DNA of 64,000 bases, taken from positions 262,818,001-262,882,000 of the forward strand of contig OZ024741.1 of NCBI GenBank assembly GCA_964016885.1, written 5' to 3'. The notes under the pieces are model-generated. The model saw nothing but the letters and a program-made list of their open reading frames with translations. It made no database searches and was not told the DNA's origin. Shown here one piece after another: positions 1-11,600 of this stretch (position 1 is its first letter; each line of letters begins with the position of its first letter). This DNA is from Eledone cirrhosa (lineage: Eukaryota). The position numbers were made by a program, and so were the translations under genes.

Positions 1-2199
1 CGGGTGTTTCGACTTACGAGTGTTTTGACTTACGAATGTTTTGACTTACGGGTGTTTCGGCTTACGAGTGTTTCGACTTACGAGTGTTTCGGCTTACGAG
101 TGTTTCGACTTACTAATGTTCTTACTTACGAGTGTTTCGGCGTACGAGAGTTTTGACTTACGAGTGTTTCGACTTACGAGTGTTTCGACTTACGAGTGTT
201 TTGACTTACGAAAGTTTTGACTTACGGGTGTTTCGGCTTACGAGTGTTTCGACTTACGAGTCTTTCGGCTTACGAGTGTTTCGGCGTACGAGTGTTTCGA
301 CTTACGAGTGTTTCGGCTTACAGGTGTTTTGACTTACGGGTGTTTCGGCTTACGAGTGTTTCGGCTTATGATTGTTTCGACTTACGAGTGTTTTGACTTA
401 CGGTGTTTCAGCTTACGAGTGTTTCGACTTACGAGTGTTTTGACTTACGGGTGTTTTGACATACGAGTGTTTCGATACGTGTGTTCTGACTTACGAGTGT
501 TCTGACTTACGAGTGTTTTGACTTACGAGTGTTCTGACTTACGAGTGTTCCGACTTACGAGTGTTCCGACTTACGAGTGTTTCGGCTTACGGGTGTTTCC
601 TGCTTACGAGTGTTTCGACTTACGAGTGTTTTGACTTACGGTGTTTCGGCTTACGAGTGTTTCGGCTTACGAGTGATTCGACTTACGAATGTTTTGACTT
701 ACGGGTGTTTCGGCTTGCGAGTGTTTCGACTTACGAGTGTTTCGGCTTATGAGTGTTTCGACTTACTAATGTTTTTACTTACGAGTGTTCTGACTTACGA
801 GTGTTCCGACTTACGAGTGTTCCGACTTACGAGTGTTTCGGCTTACGAGTGTTTCCGGCTTACGAGTGTTTCTACTTACGAGTGTTTCGACTTACAAGTG
901 TTTTGACTTACGGTGTTTCGACTTACGAGTGATTCGACTTACGAGTGTTTTGACTTACGGCTGTTTTGACTTACGGGTGTTGTGAATTACGAGTGTTCCG
1001 ATTTACGAGTATTTTGACTTACGGTGTTTCGGCTTACGAGTGATTCGACTTACGAATGTTTTGACTTAAGGGTGTTTCGACTTACTAATGTTTTTACTTA
1101 CGAGTGTTCTGACTTACGAGTGTTCTGACTTACGAGTGTTCTGACTTACGAGTGTTCTGATTTACGAGTGTTCCGACTTACGAGTGTTTCGGCTTACGAG
1201 TGTTTCGGCTTACGAGTGTTTCGACTTACGAGTGTTTCGACTTATGAGTGTTTCGACTTACGAGTGTTTCGGCTTACGAGTGTTCCGATTTACGAGTGTT
1301 TTGACTTACGATGTTTCGGCTTACGAGTGATTTGACTTACGAATGTTTTGACTTACGGGTGTTTCGGCTTGCGAGTGTTTCGACTTACGAGTGTTTCGGC
1401 TTATGGGTGTTTCGACTTACTAATGTTTTTACTTACGAGTGTTTCGGCGTACGAGTGTTTTGACTTACGAGTGTTTCGACTTACGAGTGTTTCGGCTTAC
1501 GTGAGTTTCGACTTAAGAGTGTTCTGATTTACGAGTGTTCTGACTTGCGGGTGTTCTGATTTACGAGTGTTCCGACTTACGAGTGTTTCGGCTTATTAGT
1601 GTTTCGACTTACGAGTGTTTCGGCTTACGAGTGTTTCGACTTATGGGTGTTTCGAATTACGAGTGTTTTTACTTACGGTGTTTCGGCTTACGAGTGTTTC
1701 GACATACGAGTGTTTTGACTTACGGGAGTTTCGACTTACGAGTGTTTTGACTTACGAATGTTTTGACTTACGGGTGTTTCGGCTTACGAGTGTTTCGACT
1801 TACGAGTGTTTCGGCTTACGAGTGTTTCGACTTACTAATGTTCTTACTTACGAGTGTTTCGGCGTACGAGAGTTTTGACTTACGAGTGTTTCGACTTACG
1901 AGTGTTTCGACTTACGAGTGTTTTGACTTACGAATGTTTTGACTTACGGGTGTTTCGGCTTACGAGTGTTTCGACTTACGAGTCTTTCGGCTTACGAGTG
2001 TTTCGACTTACTAATGTTTTTACTTACGAGTGTTTCGGCGTACGAGTGTTTCGACTTACGAGTGTTTCGACTTACGGGTGTTTTGACTTACGGGTGTTTC
2101 GGCTTACGAGTGTTTTGACTTACGAGTGTTTTGACTTAAGGGTGTTTCGACTTACGAGTATTTTTGGCTTACGAGTGTTTCGACTTACGAGTGTTTTGA

Positions 2200-3600
2200 C
2201 TTACGAGTGTTCTGATTTACGGATGTTTCGACATACGAGTGTTTCGACTTACGAGTGTTTCGACTTATGAGTGTTTCGACTTACGAGTGTTTCGGCTTAT
2301 GAGTGTTTCGACTTACGAGTGCTTCGGCTTACGAGTGTTTCGACTTACGAGTATTTCGGCTTAAGAGTGTTTCGACGTACGAATGTTTTGGCTTACGAGT
2401 GTTTCGGCTTATGAGTGTTTCGGCTTACGAGTGTTTCGACTTACGAGTGTTTCGGCTTACGAGTGTTTCAGTGTTTCGGCTTACGTGTGTTTCGACTTAC
2501 GAGTGTTTCGACTTACGACTGTTTCGGCTTACGAGTGTTTCGGCTTACGAGTGTTTCGGCTTACGAGTGTTTTGACTTACGAGTGTTTTGACTTACGATT
2601 GTTTGGCTTACGAGTGTTCTGACTTACGGGTGTTCTGACTTACGAGTGTTCCGACTTACGAGTGTTTCGGCTTATGAGGGTTTCGACTTACGAGTGCTTC
2701 GGCTTACGAGTGTTTCGACTTACGAGTGTTTCGGATTACGAGTGTTTCGACTTACGAGTGTTTCGACTTACGAGTGTTTTGACTTACGGTGTTTCGGCTT
2801 ACGAGTGTTTCGACATACGAGTGTTTTGACGTACGAGTGTTTCGACTTACGGGTCTTTCGACTTAAGAGTGTTTCGACTTACGAGCGCTTCGACTTACGA
2901 GTGTTTCGACTTACGAGTGTTTCGGCGTATGAGTGTTTTGACTTACGAGTGTTTCGACTTACGAGTGTTTCGACTTACGAGTGTTTCGAATTACGAGTGT
3001 TTCGACTTACGAGTGTTTTGACTTACGAGTGTTTTGACTTACGGTGTTTCTGCTTACGAGTGTTTCGACTTACGAGTGTTATGACTTACGGGTGTTTTCA
3101 CATACGAGTGTTTCGACTTACGAGTGTTTTGACTTACGGGTGTTTTGACATACGAGTGTTTCGATACGAGTGTTCTGACTTACGAGTGTTCTGACTTAAG
3201 AGTGTTCTGACTTACGAGTGTTTCGACATACGAGGGTTTTGACTTACGGGTGTTTCGACTTACGAGTGTTTTCACTTACGAATGTTTTGACTTACGGGTG
3301 TTTCGGCTTACGAGTGTTTCGACTTACGAGTGTTTCGGCTTACGAGTGTTTCGACTTACTAATATTTTTACTTACGAGTGTTTCGGCGTACGAGAGTTTT
3401 GACTTACGAGTGTTTCGACTTACGAGTGTTTCGACTTACGAGTATTTTGACTTACGAATGTTTTGACTTACGGGTGTTTCGGCTTACGAGTGTTTCGACT
3501 TACGAGTCTTTCGGCTTACGAGTGTTTCGACTTACTAATGTTTTTACTTACGTGTGTTTCGGCGTACGAGTGTTTCGACTTCCGAGTGTTTCGACTTACG
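2200..3600 (+). repeat. Dispersed higher-order block also found at about 10480-11880 (offset 8,277), with related copies near 17.2, 26.9, 34.2, 44.5 and 51.8 kb
   Basis: ORF pairs 2303/10580, 2646/10923 and 3218/11495. Shared rare monomers: GAGTGCTTC, GACGTACGAATG, GAGCGCTTC, GTTATGAC. Confidence 0.85.
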
Positions 3601-4453
3601 GGTGTTTTGACTTACGGGTGTTTCGGCTTACGAGTGTTTTGACTTACGAGTGTTTTGACTTAAGGGTATTTCGACTTACGAGTATTTTTGGCTTACGTGT
3701 GTTTCGACTTACGAGTGTTTTGACTTACGAGTGTTCTGATTTACGGATGTTTCGACATACGAGTGTTTCGACATACGAGTGTTTCGACTTATGAGTGTTT
3801 CGACTTACGAGTGTTTCGACTTACGAGTGTTTCGGCTTATGATTGTTTCGACTTACGAGTGTTTTGACTTACGGTGTTTCAGCTTACGAGTGTTTCGACT
3901 TACGAGTGTTTTGACTTACGGGTGTTTTGACATACGAGTGTTTCGATACGAGTGTTCTGACTTACGAGTGTTCTGACTTTTGAGTGTTTTGACTTACGAG
4001 TGTTCTGACTTACGAGTGTTCCGACTTACGAGTGTTCCGACTTACGAGTGTTTCGGCTTACGGGTGTTTCCTGCTTACGAGTGTTTCGACTTACGAGTGT
4101 TTTGACTTACGGTGTTTCGGCTTACGAGTGATTCGACTTACGAGTGTTTTGACTTACGGGTGTTTTGACTTACGGGTGTTGTGAATTACGAGTGTTCCGA
4201 TTTACGAGTGTTTTGACTTACGGTGTTTCGGCTTACGAGTGATTCGACTTACGAATGTTTTGACTTACGGGTGTTTCGGCTTGCGAGTGTTTCGACTTAC
4301 GAGTGTTTCGGCTTATGAGTGTTTCGACTTACTAATGTTTTTACTTACGAGTGTTCTGACTTACGAGTGTTCCGACTTACGAGTGTTCCGACTTACGAGT
4401 GTTTCGGCTTACGAGTGTTTCCGGCTTACGAGTGTTTCGACTTACGAGTGTTT

Positions 4454-7400
4454 CGACTTACGAGTGTTTTGACTTACGGTGTTTCGACTTACGAGTGATT
4501 CGACTTACGAGTGTTTTGACTTACGGCTGTTTTGACTTACGGGTGTTGTGAATTACGAGTGTTCCGATTTACGAGTATTTTGACTTACGGTGTTTCGGCT
4601 TACGAGTGATTCGACTTACGAATGTTTTGACTTAAGGGTGTTTCGGCTTGCTAGTGTTTCGACTTACGAGTGTTTCGGCTTATGAGTGTTTCGACTTACT
4701 ACTGTTTTTACTTACGAGTGTTTCGGCGTACGAGTGTTTTGACTTACGAGTGTTTCGACTTACGAGTGTTTCGAATTACGAGTGTTTCGGCTTACGTGAG
4801 TTTCGACTTAAGAGTGTTCTGATTTACGAGTGTTCTGACTTGCGGGTGTTCTGATTTACGAGTGTTCCGACTTACGAGTGTTTCGGCTTATGAGTGTTTC
4901 GACTTACGAGTGTTTCGGCTTACGAGTGTTTCGACTTATGGGTGTTTCGACATACGAGTGTTTTGACTTACGGGTGTTTCGACTTACGAGTGTTTTGACT
5001 TACGAATGTTTTGACTTACGGGTGTTTCGGCTTACGAGTGTTTCGACTTACGAGTGTTTCGGCTTACGAGTGTTTCGACTTACTAATATTCTTACTTACG
5101 AGTGTTTCGGCGTACGAGAGTTTTGACTTACGAGTGTTTCGACTTACGAGTGTTTCGACTTACGAGTGTTTTGACTTACGAAAGTTTTGACTTACGGGTG
5201 TTTCGGCTTACGAGTGTTTCGACTTACGAGTCTTTCGGCTTACGAGTGTTTCGGCGTACGAGTGTTTCGACTTACGAGTGTTTCGACTTACGGGTGTTTT
5301 GACTTACGGGTGTTTCGGCTTACGAGTGTTTCGGCTTATGATTGTTTCGACTTACGAGTGTTTTGTCTTACGGTGTTTCAGCTTACGAGTGTTTCGACTT
5401 ACGAGTGTTTTGACTTACGGGTGTTTTGACATACGAGTGTTTCGATACGTGTGTTCTGACTTACGAGTGTTCTGACTTACGAGTGTTTTGACTTACGAGT
5501 GTTCTGACTTACGAGTGTTCCGACTTATGAGTGTTCCGACTTACGAGTGTTTCGGCTTACGAGTGTTTCCGGCTTACGAGTGTTTCGACTTACGAGTGTT
5601 TTGACTTACGGCGTTTCGGCTTACGAGTGTTTCGACTTACTAATGTTTTTACTTACGAGTGTGTCGGCGTACGAGAGTTTTGACTTACGAGTGTTTCGAC
5701 TTACGAGTGTTTTGACTTACGAATGTTTTGACTTACGGGTGTTTCGGCTCATGAGTGTTTCGACTTACGAGTCTTTCGGCTTACGAGTGTTTCGACTTAC
5801 TAATGTTTTTACTTACGAGTGTTTCGGCGTACGACTGTTTCGACTTACGAGTGTTTCGACTTACGGGTGTTTTGACTTACGGGTGTTTCGGCTTACTAGT
5901 GTTTCGACTTACGAGTGTTTTGACTTACGAGTGTTCTGATTTACGGATGTTTCGACATACGAGTGTTTCGACTTACGAGTGTTTCGACTTATGAGTGTTT
6001 CGACTTACGAGTGTTCTGACTTACGAGTGTTCCGACTTACGAGTGTTCCGACTTACGAGTGTTTCGGCTTACGAGTGTTTCCGGCTTACGAGTGTTTCGA
6101 CTTACGAGTGTTTTGACTTACGGTGTTTCGGCTTACGAGTGATTCGACTTACGAGTGTTTTGACTTACGGGTGTTTTGACTTACGGGTGTTGTGAATTAC
6201 GAGTGTTTCGGCTTATGAGTGTTTCGACTTACTAATGTTTTTACTTACGAGTGTTCTGACTTACGAGTGTTCTGACTTACGAGTGTTCTGACTTACGAGT
6301 GTTCTGATTTACGAGTGTTCCGACTTACGAGTGTTTCGGCTTACGAGTGTTTCGGCTTACGAGTGTTTCGACTTACGAGTGTTTCGACTTACGAGTGTTC
6401 CGACTTACGAGTGTTTTGACTTACGGTGTTTCGACTTACGAGTGATTCGACTTACGAGTGTTTTGACTTACGGCTGTTTTGACTTACGGGTGTTGTGAAT
6501 TACGAGTGTTCCGATTTACGAGTATTTTGACTTACGGTGTTTCGGCTTACGAGTGATTCGACTTACGAATGTTTTGACTTAAGGGTGTTTCGGCTTGCTA
6601 GTGTTTCGACTTACGAGTGTTTCGGCTTATGAGTGTTTCGACTTACTACTGTTTTTACTTACGAGTGTTTCGGCGTACGAGTGTTTTGACTTACGAGTGT
6701 TTCGACTTACGAGTGTTTCGAATTACGAGTGTTTCGGCTTACGTGAGTTTCGACTTAAGAGTGTTCTGATTTACGAGTGTTCTGACTTGCGGGTGTTCTG
6801 ATTTACGAGTGTTCCGACTTACGAGTGTTTCGGCTTATGAGTGTTTCGACTTACGAGTGTTTCGGCTTACGAGTCTTTCGACTTATGGGTGTTTCGACAT
6901 ACGAGTGTTTTGACTTACGGGTGTTTCGACTTACGAGTGTTTTGACTTACGAATGTTTTGACTTACGGGTGTTTCGGCTTACGAGTGTTTCGACTTACGA
7001 GTGTTTCGGCTTACGAGTGTTTCGACTTACTAATATTCTTACTTACGAGTGTTTCGGCGTACGAGAGTTTTGACTTACGAGTGTTTCGACTTACGAGTGT
7101 TTCGACTTACGAGTGTTTTGACTTACGAAAGTTTTGACTTACGGGTGTTTCGGCTTACGAGTGTTTCGACTTACGAGTCTTTCGGCTTACGAGTGTTTCG
7201 GCGTACGAGTGTTTCGACTTACGAGTGTTTCGACTTACGGGTGTTTTGACTTACGGGTGTTTCGGCTTACGAGTGTTTCGGCTTATGATTGTTTCGACTT
7301 ACGAGTGTTTTGTCTTACGGTGTTTCAGCTTACGAGTGTTTCGACTTACGAGTGTTTTGACTTACGGGTGTTTTGACATACGAGTGTTTCGATACGTGTG

Positions 7401-8347
7401 TTCTGACTTACGAGTGTTCTGACTTACGAGTGTTTTGACTTACGAGTGTTCTGACTTACGAGTGTTCCGACTTATGAGTGTTCCGACTTACGAGTGTTTC
7501 GGCTTACGAGTGTTTCCGGCTTACGAGTGTTTCGACTTACGAGTGTTTTGACTTACGGCGTTTCGGCTTACGAGTGTTTCGACTTACTAATGTTTTTACT
7601 TACGAGTGTGTCGGCGTACGAGAGTTTTGACTTACGAGTGTTTCGACTTACGAGTGTTTTGACTTACGAATGTTTTGACTTACGGGTGTTTCGGCTCATG
7701 AGTGTTTCGACTTACGAGTCTTTCGGCTTACGAGTGTTTCGACTTACTAATGTTTTTACTTACGAGTGTTTCGGCGTACGACTGTTTCGACTTACGAGTG
7801 TTTCGACTTACGGGTGTTTTGACTTACGGGTGTTTCGGCTTACTAGTGTTTCGACTTACGAGTGTTTTGACTTACGAGTGTTCTGATTTACGGATGTTTC
7901 GACATACGAGTGTTTCGACTTACGAGTGTTTCGACTTATGAGTGTTTCGACTTACGAGTGTTCTGACTTACGAGTGTTCCGACTTACGAGTGTTCCGACT
8001 TACGAGTGTTTCGGCTTACGAGTGTTTCCGGCTTACGAGTGTTTCGACTTACGAGTGTTTTGACTTACGGTGTTTCGGCTTACGAGTGATTCGACTTACG
8101 AGTGTTTTGACTTACGGGTGTTTTGACTTACGGGTGTTGTGAATTACGAGTGTTTCGGCTTATGAGTGTTTCGACTTACTAATGTTTTTACTTACGAGTG
8201 TTCTGACTTACGAGTGTTCTGACTTACGAGTGTTCTGACTTACGAGTGTTCTGATTTACGAGTGTTCCGACTTACGAGTGTTTCGGCTTACGAGTGTTTC
8301 GGCTTACGAGTGTTTCGACTTACGAGTGTTTCGACTTACGAGTGTTC
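4454..8347 (+). repeat. Tandem higher-order duplication, 2 x 1,947 bp (about 4454-6400 and 6401-8347)
   Basis: Identical ORF translations are offset by exactly 1,947 (4648/6595, 4878/6825, 5102/7049, 5547/7494, 5995/7942). One difference noticed: G4928 vs C6875. Confidence 0.92.
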
Positions 8348-8579
8348 CGACTTACGGGTGTTTCGACTTACGAGTTGTTTGGCTTACGGTGTTTCGGCTT
8401 ACGAGTGTTTCGAGTTACGAGTGTTTTGACTTACGCGTGTTTTGACATACGAGTGTTTCGATACGAGTGTTCTGACTTACGAGTGTTCTGACTTACGAGT
8501 GTTCTGACTTACGAGTGTTCCGACTTTACGAGTGTTTCGGCTCACGAGTGTTTCAGCTTACGAGTGTTTCGACTTACGA

Positions 8580-8648
8580 AAATAACAAATAGACGCGGTT
8601 TCAAATCTCTATGATTTTCAAATTCATTACATTAATCTTTATTTATAC
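8580..8648. repeat. 69-bp AT-rich non-satellite element, copy 1 (variant C at 8607)
   Basis: AAATAACAAATAGACGCGGTTTCAAATCTCTATGATTTTCAAATTCATTACATTAATCTTTATTTATAC (16/69 GC), lying between GACTTACGA and GTTTCGCTTTACG. Confidence 0.97.
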
Positions 8649-11600
8649 GTTTCGCTTTACGGGTGTTTCGACTTACGAGTGTTTCGACATACGAGTGTTT
8701 CGACTTCCGAAAGTTTTTGCTTACGGGTGTTTCGACTTACGAATGTTTCGGCTTACGAGTGTTTCGGCTTACGAGTCTTCCGACTTAGGAGTGTTTCGGC
8801 TTACGAGTGTTTCCGGCTTACGAGTGTTTCGACTTACGAGTGTTTCGACTTTCGAGTGTTTTGACTTACGGTGTTTCGGCTTACGAGTGATTCGACTTAC
8901 GAGTGTTTTGACTTACGTGTGTTTTGACTTACGGGTGTTGTGAATTACCAGTGTTCCGATTTACGAGTGTTTTGACTTACGGTGTTTCGGCTTGCGAGTG
9001 TTTCGACTTACGAGTGTTTCGGCTTATGAGTGTTTCGACTTACTAATGTTTTTACTTACGAGTGTTTCGGCGTTCGAGTGTTTTGACTTACGAGTGTTTC
9101 GACTTACGAGTGTTTTGACTTACGAATGTTTTGACCTACGGGTGTTTCGGCTTACGGGTGTTTCGACTTACGAGTGTTTCGACTTATGAGTGTTTCGACT
9201 TACGAGTGTTCTGACTTACGAGTGTTCTGACTTACGAGTGTTCCGACTTACGAGTGTTTCGGTTTACGAGTGTTTCGACATACGAGTGTTTTGACTTACG
9301 GGTGTTTCGACTTACGGGTGTTTCGACTTACGAGTGTTTTGGCTTACGAGTGTTTCGACTTACTAATGTTTTTACTTACGAGTGTTTCGGTGTACGAATG
9401 TTTTGACTTAAGGATGTTTCGACTTACGAGTGTTTCGACTTACGAGTGTTTCGGCATACGTGAGTTTCGACTTAAGAGTGTTCTGATTTACGAGTGTTCT
9501 GACTTGCGGGTGTTCTGATTTACGAGTGTTCCGACTTACGAGTGTTTCGGCTTATGAGTGTTTCGACTTACGAGTGTTTCGGCTTACGAGTGTTTCGACT
9601 TATGGGTGTTTCGACTTACGAGTGTTTTTACTTACGGTGTTTCGGCTTACGAGTGTTTCGACATACGAGTGTTTTGACTTACGGGTGTTTCGGCTTACGA
9701 GTGTTTCGACTTACGAGTGTTTCGGCTTATGGGTGTTTCGACTTACTAATGTTTTTACTTACGAGTGTTTCGGCGTACGAGTGTTTTGACTTACGAGTGT
9801 TTCGACTTACGATTGTTTCGACTTACGAGTGTTTCGGCTTACGTGAGTTTCGACTTAAGAGTGTTCTGATTTACGAGTGTTCTGACTTGCGGGTGTTCTG
9901 ATTTACGAGTGTTCCGACTTACGAGTGTTTAGGCTTATTAGTGTTTCGACTTACGAGTGTTTCGGCTTACGAGTGTTTCGACTTATGGGTGTTTCGACTT
10001 ACGAGTGTTTTTACTTACGGTGTTTCGGCTTACGAGTGTTTCGACATACGAGTGTTTTGACTTGCGGGTGTTTCGACTTACGAGTGTTTTGACTTACGAA
10101 TGTTTTGACTTACGGGTGTTTCGGCTTACGAGTGTTTCGACTTACGAGTGTTTCGGCTTACGAGTGTTTCGACTTACTAATGTTCTTACTTACGAGTGTT
10201 TCGGCGTACGAGAGTTTTGACTTACAAGTGTTTCGACTTACGAGTGTTTCGACTTACGAGTGTTTTGACTTACGAATGTTTTGACTTACGGGTGTTTCGG
10301 CTTACGAGTGTTTCGACTTACGAGTCTTTCGGCTTACGAGTGTTCCGACTTACTAATGTTTTTACTTACGAGTGTTTCGGCGTACGAGTGTTTCGACTTA
10401 CGAGTGTTTCGACTTACGGGTGTTTTGACTTACGGGTGTTTCGGCTTACGAGTGTTTCGACTTACGAGTGTTTTGACTTACGAGTGTTCTGATTTACGGA
10501 TGTTTCGACATACGAGTGTTTCGACTTACGAGTGTTTCGACTTATGAGTGTTTCGACTTACGAGTGTTTCGGCTTATGAGTGTTTCGACTTACGAGTGCT
10601 TCGGCTTACGAGTGTTTCGACTTACGAGTATTTCGGCTTAAGAGTGTTTCGACGTACGAATGTTTTGGCTTACGAGTGTTTCGGCTTATGAGTGTTTCGG
10701 CTTACGAGTGTTTCGACTTACGAGTGTTTCGGCTTACGAGTGTTTCAGTGTTTCGGCTTACGTGTGTTTCGACTTACGAGTGTTTCGACTTACGACTGTT
10801 TCGGCTTACGAGTGTTTCGGCTTACGAGTGTTTCGGCTTACGAGTGTTTTGACTTACGAGTGTTTTGACTTACGATTGTTTGGCTTACGAGTGTTCTGAC
10901 TTACGGGTGTTCTGACTTACGAGTGTTCCGACTTACGAGTGTTTCGGCTTATGAGGGTTTCGACTTACGAGTGCTTCGGCTTACGAGTGTTTCGACTTAC
11001 GAGTGTTTCGGATTACGAGTGTTTCGACTTACGAGTGTTTCGACTTACGAGTGTTTTGACTTACGGTGTTTCGGCTTACGAGTGTTTCGACATACGAGTG
11101 TTTTGACGTACGGGTGTTTCGACTTACGGGTCTTTCGACTTAAGAGTGTTTCGACTTACGAGCGCTTCGACTTACGAGTGTTTCGACTTACGAGTGTTTC
11201 GGCGTATGAGTGTTTTGACTTACGAGTGTTTCGACTTACGAGTGTTTCGACTTACGAGTGTTTCGAATTACGAGTGTTTCGACTTACGAGTGTTTTGACT
11301 TACGAGTGTTTTGACTTACCGTGTTTCTGCTTACGAGTGTTTCGACTTACGAGTGTTATGACTTACGGGTGTTTTCACATACGAGTGTTTCGACTTACGA
11401 GTGTTTTGATTTACGGGTGTTTTGACATACGAGTGTTTCGATACGAGTGTTCTGACTTACGAGTGTTCTGACTTACGAGTGTTCTGACTTACGAGTGTTT
11501 CGACATACGAGGGTTTTGACTTACGGGTGTTTCGACTTACGAGTGTTTTCACTTACGAATGTTTTGACTTACGGGTGTTTCGGCTTACGAGTCTTTCGAC

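Noticed and set aside
8575-8649. 69-bp element as a MITE with TIRs (AAATAA...TTATTT) and a TACG target duplication
   Set aside because: The inverted match is only about 6 bp of AT-rich sequence and not flush with both ends. TACG is part of the monomer, and identical flanks at all copies show no independent transposition.
8611-8943. ATG-initiated ORF with hydrophobic N-terminus MIFKFITLIFIYTF starting in the 69-bp element
   Set aside because: Hydrophobicity follows from AT-rich codons. The rest is satellite translation, and in the other six copies the frame is closed early by a TAA (GCTTAAGGG).
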